A program made the position numbers and the translations under genes. A stretch of DNA of 64,000 bases from the human T2T-CHM13v2.0 reference genome, Homo sapiens, in the NCBI RefSeq assembly GCF_009914755.1, contig NC_060926.1; one strand, given 5' to 3'. The notes under the pieces were generated by a model, which worked only from the letters and a program-made list of their open reading frames with translations, was not told the DNA's origin and did not search any database. Below, piece by piece: positions 1-14,484 of this stretch (its first letter is position 1; every line of letters begins with the position of its first letter).

Positions 1-645
1 TAATTTTATATGCATTTTCAAATTTACTGGCAAACATTTATAGTATTTTCTAATTTTTCTTTTTAATGTCCATAATGTCTATAGTGATATCCTCCTTTGT
101 TTGCCTGACATTGGTCATTTGTGCCTTTTTTTTTTTTTTTTGGCTTTTCTTGTTAGGGGTTATAATTTTATTAGTTTTCTTAAAAATTCAATTTTGGATT
201 TGTTAATTTTCTCTGTGGTGCATATTTTTTACTTCATCTGTTTCTGCTCTTATCTTTGTAACTTTTCCCATCTACTTTTCTTTGAATTTAATTTGCTGTT
301 GTTTTCTAACTCCTTGAGATGGACATTCAGATAATTGCTTTTCAGTCTGTATTTTTGTTTAAAATATTTATTTTAGGCTAAAATGCCTCCTGTAATTATA
401 GTTTTAGCTGAACTCCACAAGATTCATTATATTATATTTTAGTTATAATTAAATTTAAAATATTTTCTAATTTTCATTGTAGTTATTTCTTTGACTCCTA
501 AGTTGTTTAGTTTCCAAGTACTTGGGGATTTTAAAATTATCTTTTTTGTTACCAATCTCTAGGTTAATTTATCTCAATGATTCCAATTTTTTGACGTTGA
601 GATTTACTTTATGGCCCATCATATAGTAAACTTTGGTAAGTGTTT

Positions 646-693
646 CTGTGCATACGAAAAATGTTTATCCTGTGCATACGAAAAATGTTTATT
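646..693. repeat. 24-bp tandem duplication
   Basis: CTGTGCATACGAAAAATGTTTATC (646-669) followed by CTGTGCATACGAAAAATGTTTATT (670-693). Confidence 0.95.
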
Positions 694-1147
694 CTGTTGT
701 TTTGGCTCAAATATTCATGAAAATAAGGTAAATCAGTTATTTGTATCATTAAGATTTTTATTGCATATTCTATCTACTCCTGAGAGAGCTGTCTTAAATT
801 TTCTCACTATGATTATGGATGCATCCATTTCTCTCTTTAGTTCTGTTAAATATTACTTTATATATTTCAAAGCTGTACTATTAGGAAGATACAAGTGTAA
901 AATTGTTGTATCTCTGTTTTCACCATTATGAAAATCATTCTTTACCTCTTATTATGTATTCTCTTTTACCATTATGGGAATCCTTCTTTACTTGTTGGCA
1001 TCTTGTATCTTGCCTTAAAGTATATTTTTATGATAGTATGACTGTAACAGGTTTTTTAAAGATTAGTTTTTGCATATTATATAATTTTTCCATCATTTTA
1101 TTTATGTGTTTTTATTTTAAGTTGTGGTTCTTATGAGCAGAATATAC

Positions 1148-3620
1148 ATTTTAATTTTTTATTTCTAATTTTTGTGGGTACATAGTGGTGTATATACTTA
1201 CGGGGTACATGGAATGTTTTGATACAGTCATGTAATGTGAAAGAAGCACGTCATGGAGAATGGGGTATCCATCCTCTCAAGCATTTAATTCTTTGAGTTA
1301 TAAACAATCCAATTACACTCTTTAAGTTATGTTAAATGTACAATTATTACCGACTGTAGTTACTCTGTTGTGCTATCAAATTGTAGGTCTTATTCATCCT
1401 TTCTATTTTTTGGTACCCATTAATCATCTCCACTGCCCCCCTACCCCCAACCCTCCCACTACCCTTCCAAGCCTCAGGTAAATATGTCCATGAGTTCAAT
1501 TGTTTTGAATTTTAGATCCCATAAACAAGTGAGAATATGTAATCTTTGTCTGTCTGTGCCTGGCTTGTTTCACTTAACCTAATGATCTCCAGTTCTATCC
1601 ATGTTGTTGCAAATGACTGGGTCTCATTTTTTTTATGGCTGAATAGTACTCCATTGTGTATATGTACCACATTTTCTTTATCAGCTCATCTGTTGATGCA
1701 CACTTACGTTGCTTCCAAATCTTAGCTATTGTAAAAAGTGCTGCAACAAACATAGGAGTGTGGATATCTCTTTGATAAGCTGATTTCCTTTCTTTTGGGC
1801 ATATACCTAGATGTAGGATTACTGGATCATATGACAGCTCAATTTTTAGCTTTTTGAGAAACCTCCAAAGTGTTTTCCATAGTGGTTGTATTGATTTAAA
1901 TTCCCACCAACAGGGTACAAGGGTTTTCTTTTCTCCATATCCTCGCTAGCATTTGCTATTGCCTGTCTTTTGGATATAAGCCCCATTTCAACTGTGGTGA
2001 GATGATATTTCATTGTAGTTTTGAATTACATTTCGCTGATAACCATTGATGTTCAGCACCTTTTCATATGCCTGTTTTCCATTTGCAGATCTTCTTTTGA
2101 GAAATGTCCATTCATATCTTTTGCCCAGTTTTGATTGGATTATTAGATTTTTTTTCCTATAGAGTTGAAGACATTGTTGCCCAGATCTATGTCTTGGAGA
2201 TTTTCCATAATGCTTTATTGTAGTAGTTTCATACTTTGAGGTCTTAGATTTAGATCTAATCCATTTTGATTTGATTTTTTGTATATAGGTCTAGTTTTAT
2301 TCTTCTGCATATGAATATTCAGTTTTCCCAGCACCATTTATATAAAAGATCATCTTTTCCCCAGTATATGTTCTTGGCACCTTTGTAAAAAATGAGTTCA
2401 CTGTAGGTGTGTGGATTTGTTTCTGGGTTCTCTATTTCATTACATTTGTCTATGTGTTTTTATGCCAGTGCCATGCTGTTTTGGTGACTATAGCTCTGCA
2501 GTATAATTTGGAGTTTGGTCATGTAATTCCTCCAGTTTTTTTCTTTTTGACTAGGATAGCTTTGGCTATTCTGTTTTTTTTTTTTTTGTGGTTATACATT
2601 TTAGGATTTTTTTTTCTATCTCTGTGAAGAATGTCATTGGTATTTTGATGAGGATTGCATTGAATCTGTAGATTGCTTTGAGTAGTATGAACATTTTAAC
2701 AATATTGATTCTTGTAATCCACAAACATGGAATATTTTTCCATTTTTTTGGTGTCTTCTTTAATTTCTTTCATCAGTGTTTTATAGTTTTCATGGTAGAG
2801 ATCTTTTACTTCTTTGGTTAATTACTTAGGTATATAATTTTTTTGTGTGGCTATTGTAAATGGGATTACTTTTTGTTTTTCCTGTTGTGTTCACTGTTGG
2901 CATATAGGAATGCTACTGATTTTTGTATGTTAATTTTGTATTCTGCAACTTTACTGAATTTGTTTATCAGTTCTATTAGTTTTCTTGTGTATTCTTTAGG
3001 TTTTTCCAAATATAAGATCATATCATCAGCAAACAAGGATAATTTGACTTCTTCCTTTCAATTTGGATGCCCTCTATTTCTTTCTCTTGTCTGATTGCTC
3101 TAGCTAAGATTTCCAGTGTTATGTTGAATAACCGTCATGACAGTGGGCATCGGATATGGTTTGGCTGTGTCCCCACCTAAATCTCATCTTGAATTGTAGC
3201 TTCCATAATCCCCACATGTCATGGGAGGGACCTGGTGGGAGGTAATTGAATCATGGGAGTGGCTTTTTCCCGTGCTGTTCTCGTGATAGTGAATAAGTCT
3301 CACAAGATATGATGGTTTTATAAAGGGCAGTTTCCCTGCACTCGTGCCCTTGACTGCCATCATGTAAGACATGCCTTTGGCCCTCCTTCACCCTCTCCCA
3401 TGACTGTGAAGTCTCCCCAGCCATGTGAACTGTTGAGTCCATCAAGCTACTTTTTTTAAAAAAAATTATCCAGTCTCGGGTATTTCTTCATAGCAGTATG
3501 AAAATGGACTAATACAGCATCCTTGTTGTGTTCCAGATCTTAGAGGAAATGCTTTCAGTTTTTCCCCATTCAGTATGATACTAGCTGTGGATCTGTCATA
3601 TATAGCTTTTATTATGTTCC
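1148..3620 (-). mobile_element. L1MA-type LINE-1 3' portion (3'UTR plus end of ORF2), interrupted by a THE1 LTR
   Basis: Antisense L1MA 3' end (tttttgtgggtacatag...ggggtacatg) and ORF2 antisense text (ttcccaccaacag, ttttcccagcaccattta, gggcatccttg). Confidence 0.85.
3152..3516 (+). mobile_element. THE1 (THE1B/C-like) MaLR solo LTR
   Basis: Starts (g)GATATGGTTTGGCTGTGTCCCC, ends GGACTAATACA; perfect 5-bp TSD GCATC at 3147-3151 and 3517-3521. Confidence 0.93.
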
Positions 3621-3769
3621 TTCTATCTTTGACTTTTAATTTGATATGAAAAGTACATGGTATTTAATCCTTACATACTCACTGTAATAACATAGTAATA
3701 CGTTTAAACCTACCATTTTACTATTTGGTTTTCATTTGTTTTACCTGTTCTATGCTCCCTTTTCTCTCT

Positions 3770-3871
3770 GTTTTTTCTTTTTCTTTCTTTCTTTTTTTTT
3801 TTTTTGAGATGGGGTCTCACTCTATCAACCAGGTTGGAGTGCAGTGGTGTGATCTTGGCTCACTGCAACCT
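3770..3871 (-). mobile_element. Alu 3' fragment (tail plus ~66 bp of right arm)
   Basis: poly-T then gagatggggtctcactct...ggagtgcagtggtgtgatcttggctcactgcaacct, ending abruptly. Confidence 0.9.
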
Positions 3872-5085
3872 GTTGGATCCCTTCCTTACACCATACACAA
3901 AAATCAACTCAAGATGGATTAAAGACTTAAATGTAAAACCCAAAACTATACAAACCCCTGAAAGACAACCTAGGCAATACCATCCGGATATAGGAACGGG
4001 AAAAGATTTTATGACAAAGGCATTAAAAGCAATCTCAACAAAAGCCAAAATTGACAAGTGGAATCTAATTAAACTTTAGAGGTTCTGCACAGCAGAAGAA
4101 ACTATCAACAGTGTAAACAGAGAGCCTACAGAATGGGAGAAAATATTTGCAACCTATGCATTTGACAAAGGTCTAATATCCAGCATCTACAAGGAACATA
4201 AATTTACAAGAAAAAAAACAACCCCGTTAAAAAGTGGGCAAAGGACATGAACACATTTTTTTTTTTTTTTTTTTGCGAGAAGACATACATGCAGCCAACA
4301 AGCATATGAAAATATGCTGAATATAATGAATCATTAGAGAAATGCAAATCAAAACCACAATGAGATGCCATCTCATGCCAGTCAGAATGGCTATTACTAA
4401 AAAGTCAAAAAACAATAGATGCTGGTGAGATTGCGGAGAAAAGGGAATGCTTGTACACTGTTGGTGGAGTGTAAATTAGCTCAACCATTGTGGAAAGCAG
4501 TATTACAATTCCTCAAATAGCTAAAAGTGGAACTACCATTAGACCTAGTGATCCCACTACTGAGTATATATGCAGAGGAATATAAAGCATTCTACCATAA
4601 AGATACTTGCACATGAATGTTCACTGCAGCATTACTCACAATAGCAGAGATACGGAATCAACCCAAATGCCCATCAAAGACAGAATGGATAATGAAAATG
4701 TGGTTCATATACACTATGGAATATTATGCAGCCATAAAAAAGAATGAGTTCATGTTTTTTGCAGGAACATAGATAGAGTTGGAGGCTGTCATCCCTAGTA
4801 GACTAATGCAGGAAGAGAAAACCAAATACCACACATTTTCACTTATAAGTTGGGAGCCAAATGATGAGTACTTCTGAACACAAAGAAGGAAACAACAGAC
4901 ACTGTGGTCTACTTGAGGAGGGAGAGTGGAAGGAGGGAGAGGAACAGAAAAGACAACAGTTGGATACCGGGTCTAATACCTGGGTGATGAAATAATAGAT
5001 ACAACAAACCCCCATGACATGTGTTTACCTATGTAACAAGCCTTCACAGGTACCCCCAAACCTAAAATAAAAGTTAAAAGAAAAC
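3872..5085 (+). mobile_element. 5'-truncated L1PA15-17-like LINE-1 3' end
   Basis: ORF2 C-terminal peptide [26 protein letters not shown]; L1PA 3'UTR; AATAAA and A-rich tail at ~5066-5085. Confidence 0.9.
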
Positions 5086-5717
5086 CCAAAAACCCTTTTG
5101 GTTTTGAAATAATTTCAGACTAACAGAAAAGTTGCAATAATAATATAAGAAGTTTCTGTATATCCTTTAGTAAGATTTTCTAAATATTAACATTTCACCA
5201 ATTTTTACTTATATTCATCCTCTCTGATGCATAGATAAATGCATTTGTTTTTCTTTTAAACTGTTTTAGAGTAAATTGTAATTAAAATTCTCTTAAACTT
5301 TTACTTCATTGCCATTTGCTAAAATTTAGGTATTGTAACTTTGTCTTGGAATGTTATTTTCTCTGGATGTATAATTCTAGGGTGGATTAAAAAGAAATCT
5401 TTCAGCAGTTATTCTATTGTTTTCTAGCTTGTATCACTTCTGTGAAGAACTTAGTGTTTGACAGCTCCTTTGAAGCTAATATAATCATCTCCTTTAGATG
5501 ACTTTTAATATTTTTTCCTTTATCATTATCCTTTTTCATGAGTTTTGGCCATAATATGCTCAGATGTGCTTTTTTTTTGTTTAATCTCTTTTGGCTTCTT
5601 AGAACTTTATAGATTAATTTTTTATACAAGTCTTAAAACATTTTCAACCATACTTCTTCAAATGTTGCTTTGGCCAGATTCTCTTGTCTCTTTTGTCCCG
5701 GATGGCCACTTTTATGA

Positions 5718-6126
<409 letters not shown>

Positions 6127-8264
6127 CTCTTTTTGTATTTTCTGTCATTTGTTTTTCCTGTGCTTGGGTTTGAGTATTTTATAATAACTTATTTTCTTGT
6201 TCACTATTCCTCTACCTGCATTCATTTTGTATTGAAATAATAATTGCCTTCTTAATGTCGATTTTTATATTTTTCAGCTCTACAGTTGAAATTTGATTGT
6301 TTTTATAGACTTTAATTCTCAGGCAAAATTCTCCAACTTGTCATGTATTATCTTAAACATAATTTATACAGATGATAACTGGGTCATCTATGAATGAATT
6401 TTTCTTTCTGCCTTTCTCCTGGTTCTTTTTCTTTGTATGCCTAGAAATTCTTTTTAATTGAATGCTGACATCGTATATGAAAAATTGTAGAGGCTCTGTA
6501 GGATGTTATCTTCCTCCAGAGACGATTCACCTTATCCTCTGTCAGGCACTTAGGGGAGGGGCAGGCTCCTTAATCTAGGTAGGATCAAGGTGACTCTAGG
6601 CTATGTTTGTGACTTTTGAAGTCTAGATCTCAGGTTTTTTTCCCATCTCAGAAGACAGCACTCAAAAGAACCCTCAGGAGAACCTAGGATAGTTACCAGG
6701 GCCTTCAGGACTTGGCAGGTCCCGAACTCTAATTTTAGCATTCCAATCATTAGCCTGAACTCTAATCATCAGCACTATGAGACAGTGGAAGACCTCTACT
6801 GAGATTTCCTGCAGCTTTTTGCTCAGCTTCTTATCCTTGTGTAATTTAAGAATTGGTCAGTGCCACGAGAGGAAAACCCACGAGTTTGGGCTTACTTCTC
6901 TGTGCTTTTTCTCTGTCCGTGGTCTTGGCAAACCTAGATCTTCTGGCTGCCTTAGTGGGCCCAAAGTACAATATTTTTCTTCTTATTTCAATGAGAAAGC
7001 TCAGTTGGCTCCTTTGATTCTTAGAATTTGCATTCTGCAAAACTTTTTAGCCTCTGCCTTCAACCTCTCCCTTCTTACTTAAGACTCAGCAAATGCCCCA
7101 AGGGGAAAAACTGTCTGCAGAATATTGGGCTCACCTCAGAGAATTTCTCTCCTCTCAGAGATCTTGGCCCCTCCATTCCCGAAAGTCCCCAGAACTCTTC
7201 AGGCAACCCTTAAAGACTATTTTATACAGCTTTTGTAGTTACTTTTGGGGAGAGTGTTGGTCTGTTAAAACTATTCTATTGCTATAAGCAGGATTTCCAT
7301 ATTCATTTTTGATATATGAATTCTTTTGAAAACAAAATTTTAAAACTACTAAGTGTATGGAAGTCTTAATAATTCACGCGATTGGAGGCTATTTGCAAAA
7401 ATATATACTGATTCTTTAATAATTTTTTTTCATGATCGACCCCTGCATTTCTTACAATGTATGCACTCTAATAAACACTTGGCATCTCCATCAGCTAAAA
7501 TAGACAAAAGTTGTTTGTAGAAGGAGACTTTCTCTAGACATTTGCTTGATTGAAGTTTTCATGTTGAATATTGTTCTCTACCTATAAATGGGACACTCAA
7601 GAATAACACCTTCTCCCTGAGCAAGTGCTGCGGATGAAGCAGACTGTCAGGAACATTAATGATAACTGACAGCTCTAGAGAAAGGAAGCAGGTCTATAAA
7701 TGCACTGGTGCCCTTGTAGAGTAAATTCAGTCAGCAGGCACTTAGAGAAGATGTTATCTCAGCCTTAAAGTGAAAGATAGGCTTGGCAACCAAGTAAAGG
7801 GTTTTATATTTTGAAAATTGCCATAATTTTTCTTCTCTTTGTCATCTCAAGTAAGTAACATGTAAGTAGCTTAGAAATGATCCTGCCCGTCTGAAGCCAG
7901 TGTAATAGATAGGTTGTCCTTTCAAGGTCTCTTTCAATTCAGTTTCCATGTTATTATTAAAACAAAAGTTAATATGGTCTCATGCAGAATTAGGCAATAG
8001 TATATACTTTTCAGATACATTAAATGCTGTTCTTGAAAATTTTCATTTCCATTTCCCTGGTCATGTTTTTACCGAGAATGGACTCTGTTCTCCTCTTTGC
8101 AGTTTACTTTGAGAGGTACCTTGAATTCATCATCTTGAGGAAGCCATCCCTGGTTTTCACATCCAGTCCACTCATATTTATTAATATTTGTCATGTGCCA
8201 AGTATTGGAGACAAATGGCCAAACTGAATGATCACATTTAATAATAAAAATACACAATGAAAGA

Positions 8265-8340
8265 GGTTACCATTTTTAAAGTGCAGATTATAGGTTCAGA
8301 GAAGCTAAGAAATTTACTCAGTCACACAGTTAGTGAATAA
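8265..8340 (-). mobile_element. MIR core fragment
   Basis: ccatttt...ggttcagagaagctaagaaatttactcagtcacacagttagt resembles the antisense MIR core. Confidence 0.55.
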
Positions 8341-9771
8341 CATTGCTTTTTTGGAAAACTCTGTTACATTTCCAATTGGTAATATATAGATATTAAATTC
8401 TGTTTGTTTTTGCTCACCTGTGTCTTTTAAATACAGCCTTATACAACCCATTGTTCTTCCTTCCTGTGCTTATAGAAGACTATGGAAATAAGGGCTTATG
8501 GACGTCTCTTGAATTAACTATTTGAAATATAAAAGAATCATCATTGTGCTAGAAGGATCATCAAGAGCTCTGCTTTGTTTCACATCCTGATAAGCAGAGA
8601 GACCAAGATCTATTGCCACATAGATAACACTCGAGATACAGTATTTTCAAACATGATCCAAACCTGAACACTGCAGGGTGGAGGGTCAGATTAAAATTAA
8701 GTAGACTCTGACAATCACGAAGAATGCTTCTGGAGACCTAAGCAATCAGTATAGGTTCATTCCAGTGAGCTTGCATCTGAGGGTGATGTCAACCAACTCC
8801 TGCTTTTATAACTAACATGAGCATGTTTCTTTATCCAACATGAGTCACCTTCTAAGATTGATGTAGTTACAGATTGCCTCTGTAACTAACACAATGTCCC
8901 TGCTCTCCAATCCTCCTTTATTAAAATTCTATGTAATATCAGCAGTTTGCTTAGTTCTGTGAGACTTTGCCCAATCAGTAATGCTCTCCATTCTTAAGGA
9001 GAACAATAAATTAATCTTTGCAGCTTTTATTTTTGTTTCAGAGTTTGAATGGTGGTCTCACCTCTTGATAGATAACAGTATACGTCAACACCTTTTTTTT
9101 TTAGTGAAAGTAACAAAGTTGTTCAACTTCTCAGATCAATTATTTGTTGGGAATAAATTCACATACCAAAGGATGGGTTTATTACATAACTAAACCCTTC
9201 TTACCAAAAATAAGTTTCACTGGATTGTCACATTAATAAACAGTGAGAAATTTAAACCTTTATTCTCTTTGTAACAGCATGGAATGTGTTTCATTGATGT
9301 ATAACATCCATTTTATATAGTTTACATGTGACATCAGCCTCTTGAAGTAGAACACTAACAAATCTGACATGTTTGAAGTGTGAAGAGCTAGGGGCTTAAA
9401 AATAAAACTTCCTGAGAAATTTCTAGGAGTAAGCTAAGAGTTGATGAGAGATGGATAGTGAATAGCAAGTAGGTCTGTTGGATGTTCTCCAATATGAGAC
9501 TACACTGGGCCATTTCCATACCTTTCTCTATATATCCTAATAAGCCTAGCAACAGAAAGTGGATTGGAAGGGTATGTCTATAAGGGAAACTAATTTGGTG
9601 ATGGGTTCTCCAATAAGCCACAGAGTGAAGCTTTTGATGGTGGTGATGGAGCTGGCAGGGAAGTGGCTTGATACCAGCCAGGACTGCGTTGGGATTATTT
9701 TGCCAGTAGAGATGGGACCATGATAGACTGGAAGAAATGTAAAAGACTTGGTGATTACGGGTCTTTATACA

Positions 9772-10064
9772 GGTTGGGTGCAGTGGCTCATGCCTGTAAT
9801 CCCAGCACTTTGGGAGGTCGAGGTAGGTGTGTCACTTGAGGTCAGGAGCTTGAGACCGGCCTGGCCAACATGGTGAAACCATATCTCTGCTAAAAATATA
9901 ATAGCCGGGTGTGGTGGTGCGTGCCTATAACCACAGCTACTCAGGAGGCTGAGGCACGAGAATCACTTGAACCCAGGAAGCAGAGGTTGCAGTGAGCCAA
10001 GATCATGCCACTGCATTCCATCCTGGGTGACAAAGTGAGACTCTGTCTCCAAAAAAAAAAAAAA
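9772..10064 (+). mobile_element. AluS (Sx/Sz-like) SINE
   Basis: Full dimeric Alu with poly-A tail. Confidence 0.95.
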
Positions 10065-10654
10065 GATGAAGAAAAAAAGTTTTTATAAGAATCAAGTGCT
10101 GATGTGATTGGAGGGGAGAAGAAAGACAAATGGCCAGATTGTGATCAGGAAGGAGAGAATGCTAAGGTAAGGATCTCAGATATATTACCTTCAAGTCAAA
10201 AATATTTTTTGAAACTTAGTGGTGTATTATGTGATGGTCATTTTGCCAGATGCAGTGGGCAGTACAAAAATGAGTAAGATACAGCTTCTGCTCTCATGGA
10301 ACTTACAGTCTTGTGGGCCTTTATAGGCTTCATGATGGGCTTTATGATGAGGATGTTCAGAGGTGTTTGTGGCTGGTTTGTGAAGGAGGCCATCAAAGCC
10401 TAGAGGAAATACATATTGTGAGGTCCATAAACCAGATGGGCATTAACATAAATGCTAAAGGCTGAAGAAAGGCAGGGAATGGGAACTAAAGAGAAATGGA
10501 AATGCCATACAGCACCAAAATGTAGAAGACAGTTATGACTTGCTTCTTTCTTTTTTCTTTCTTTAGGATTATTTAGTAGGGGACAGGAAGTGGGGAACCA
10601 CATGGGAACCCACAGCAGATGACAGAAAATTTTTAGAGAAATAAGATTTACTTT

Positions 10655-11062
10655 TGATATATTTTAGATATTTGTTCCCTGCAAATCTTGTGTTGAAATG
10701 TGATCCCAATTTTGGAGGTGGGGCCTGGTGGGAGGTATTTGGGTCATGGTGGAGGATCCTTTATGAATGGCTTGGTGCCCTCCTTGGATTAATGAGTGAG
10801 TTATTGCTTTATTAATTCAGGTGAGAGCTGGTTGTTTAAAAAAGCCTGTTACACCTTCCCTTCCTCACTCCCTCTCTTGCCATGTGATGGCCTGCTCCCC
10901 CTTCGCCTTCTGCTATGATTGGAAGCTTCCTGAGGCCCTCCCAGAAGCAGATGCCAGTGGTACACTCCTTGTACAGCCTGCAGAGCCCAAGTATACCTCT
11001 TTTCCTTGTAAATTACCTAACCACAGATATTGCTTTATAGCAACCCAAAATAGATTCAGACA
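10655..11062 (+). mobile_element. MST (MSTB-like) MaLR solo LTR
   Basis: TG...CA termini; ggaggtggggcctggtgggagg; gattggaagcttcctgaggccctcccagaagcagatgcc. Confidence 0.85.
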
Positions 11063-13305
11063 AAATTTATGAGGAGAGGTGGGTCTGGCTAATTATTATA
11101 TAATTACATTGTTACTCAAGATATTAAAGGCCACATAAATTGCCTGAAAATGTGAACTCACACTTGAAAATTTGAGGCTTTCTTTTAGAGGGAACACGTA
11201 CATATCAAAAAATTGTTAGCAGCTGCCCAATATCTTCTGATCATTTTTCAGTATCTCATGCCAAGCCTAAGCATAAAATGTCTGGAGAATAATGCAGTAT
11301 TAAATGATGATTATTTGGTATATGGATCAACTCTAGGAAAAAATATAATTTTAGAGAGGTTAGATGATAATATTAAAGATAAATCAGTAAAATCAAGACC
11401 AAAAGCCTGACCTTGGACTGAATTTGGGGGTAAAGTTGTAAAATTCAAGATTTCTTGTTGTGCTTAATCCTCTTAAGCCAAACGATTACACTTTGTAACC
11501 AGAATCATCAGTAATTTATCCACAGTATCCTCGTGGCTCTAATTTATGCTGCAGACCTCATCTGCACTGCTTGGTTTGGTTTTAACAAAATGCCTTTTTT
11601 TCCAATGTACATAGTTAGATTTTATATGATTATTATAGGGAAGCTTGTTAGCAGCAAGGGAGTGCAGAGATGAAAGCATGTGTTCTCAGATGGGCTGTCT
11701 TTCTGAATGCTGTTTGCTGGAAGGTAGCAGTTACCGAAGGAAACAATGGCTGCTGCTAAAGAGTCTGAAGGGGTCTGAGGGCTTTTCAGAGCACACGCTG
11801 ATGGGCATGGAGTGAATAGTTGTCGGTGGGTTTAATCCTAATTTGTCACCAACTCAGAGCCTGGATAGCTCACAATAGGAGATGACAGGTGTGTTAAAGC
11901 ATGAGGCAAGTGTGTAACTTGGCTTTGTACAGAGGCCACAAAATGCTGGTTAACTTGGATATTGCTATGCCCTTCCTTTTACCTGAACACCTGCTTTCCT
12001 TCACAAGGTAACCAACCTCATGGGGTTTCAGTCCTCGGTGAAATTTTTTTAAGGGGCATATTTACATCATTCCTTTGTACTTAACTTGGGTCATGTGTGG
12101 TGGCATCTGTTGGATGCATTTGTGATGGGGCCAAGTAGGAGACAGTATACCCACAGTTTTCTCATTTAATTATAAGGGAAAAAGCAGATTATCCTTGTAT
12201 CACGTTTTGGTATCAGGGCATTTCTAGCATCCAGCACTGCATGTGATGCAGTTAGGCTCATATGGATACGTGGCAGGAGGAAGATGCCCAAGGCAGATGG
12301 AAATTGAAAACAATATTACAGGCAGAGCCAAGCCAGTGGCACATCATTTTTGGAAACACTGAAATATTAAACAGAGATTTCGCTTGGGCAGCAGGTTGGC
12401 TGTGCATGGTCTTTTCTGATGGTTTATGTAGCAATTAAAAAAAGAAGAAAAAGTAGAAAACATACTGAGTAAGTGACATAAATAAAGGATAAGAATTAGC
12501 TAAGAAAGGAGGTGACATTACATGTATTTGCTTACTTGTCCAAGGGTGTTTGGAAGCACATCTTGGCTTTAATTGGGATACCAATACCATAATTTAAAGC
12601 TTAGATTGCCTGTGCCAAATCCTAGGACTGCATAGGCATTCTTCTGCTTTCACTGTGAGTAGGTTTATAAGATATGTTGACTGCACCTACAGGAGTTATA
12701 AAACTAAGTGAAGATAAATGACTTGATTAGATACAAACAAATATATGTTGCATGCTCTTGGAAAAGCACACAATTCCTTTTCAAGAGGGACGTCATGGAA
12801 AGGAGAGGGGTTTGAAAAGTAATTTGGGGTTTGAGTAATTTGCTTTATTTTACATAGTACTCCTCAAAGCCCACCTGGGCCAAAAATAAAGAGGTGCTTT
12901 TTCTTTTAATTTCCTCTAAAGTGTTGATGACATGAGGGTGCAGGCTTTCATCAGCATAACCTGTTCCCTAATTTTTACCCATTGCTTTTCACTGGGGAAA
13001 CATCAATAGAAAAACAAACAATTTTGTATTTTCTCCTTAGAATATTCTGTGAGAACTAAGACCATTCCAGTTTTCTTCCCTCTGACGTCTCTTATTTTGT
13101 ACATGGTCTAGCTAATCCACTATTAAGTTTAGCAAGAAAACGGCATTAAGGTATTTATTTATTTATTTATTCTGAAGAATAGAGTGAGATATCACACGTT
13201 TACTTTTCAAACTACAGAGGGATTAAAAAAATGGATAAATCTTCTTGGAATTAGGTCTTTCAGTAAGGTAAGAGCTTTCATTAAATACTGACATATACTG
13301 AAGTG

Positions 13306-13651
13306 CAGCAGCTCCCGATCTTTTTGGCACCAGGGACCGGTTGTGTGGAAGACAATTTTTCCATAGACTGGCTGGTGGGGGATGGTTTCAGGATGAAACT
13401 GTTCCACCTCAGATCATCAGGCATTAGTTAGATTCTCATAAGGAGCGTGCAACCTGGATCCCTCGCATGCACAGTTCACAATAGGGTTTGTATTCCTATG
13501 AGAATCTAATGCCACTGCTGATTTGACAGGAGGCAGATGGAGCTCAGGCAGTAATGCTCATTCCCCTGCAGCTCACCTCCTGCTGTGCAGCCTGGTTCCT
13601 AACAGGCCACAGACCAGTACCAGTCCGTGACCTGGAGGTTGGGGACCCCTG
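13306..13651 (+). mobile_element. MER1B hAT-Charlie DNA transposon
   Basis: Termini CAGCAGCTCCCGATCTTTTTGG...GGTTGGGGACCCCTG; internal ggatgaaactgttccacctcagatcatcaggc; 8-bp TSD CTGAAGTG/CTATAGTG. Confidence 0.92.
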
Positions 13652-14097
13652 CTATAGTGTATGCTCTCTTGAATATTCCTGGGAGTTTCTAGAATTAGGC
13701 TTGTGAAGCTTGTATTCTTCTGTCTTCTTGTGCCACAATGAGTTCTTTTTTTAAAATTCATGTCACTTTATCTTTTAGTCAAAGAGAAATTGGGATTTTT
13801 CTACCTCGAAATGACAAATCAGACATAAAATTAGTAATTTTAAAAAATGATGTTCAGATGCAATAATATTTATTCTTCCTTTTAAGCAATTTTCTCTCTC
13901 ACATAAATTCATTTGTTGTATAATCTAATAGTCTACAGTTAAAAAGTCTATATAGTCTAATGTACCAATTTTGGCAGTCTTCTAAGTCAGACATGAAGAA
14001 ATTAGGGGGGAAGGAAGAGAGGGGGAGGGAACTCATATTTGTTGAGCACTGTGTTAATCAGAACTCTGGGTTGTAGATGCCAAAATCCAAGTCAAAA

Positions 14098-14124
14098 TAC
14101 ACACACACACACACATACACACAC
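14098..14124. repeat. (CA)n microsatellite
   Basis: Directly visible. Confidence 0.9.
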
Positions 14125-14147
14125 TTTGTATGTGTACACAATATATA

Positions 14148-14484
14148 CATTCGTCCTTCAGTATCCATGGGGGATTGATTCTAGGACTCCACACTGGTAC
14201 TGAAATTCATGGATGCTCGAGTCCCTCATATAAAATGGTGTAGTGTTTGCATATAACCCATGCAAATCTTCCTTTATATTTTAAATAGTTTCTAGGTTAC
14301 TTATAATGCCTAATACAATGCAAATGCTATGTAAATAGTTGTTGTATTGGTTAGGGAATGACAGGACAAAAAAATCTGTACATGTTCAGTACAGATGAAA
14401 CCATTCCTTTTTTTTTCAACTATTTTTGATCCATAGTTGGTGGAACCCAAGGATGCAAAACCCATGGATATGGAGTAGTCACTA
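14148..14484. mobile_element. MER2 (TcMar-Tigger) DNA transposon
   Basis: Degenerate TIRs (cattcgtccttcagtatccatggg / cccatggatatggagtagtcacta), flanking TA dinucleotides, ~340 bp. Confidence 0.88.
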
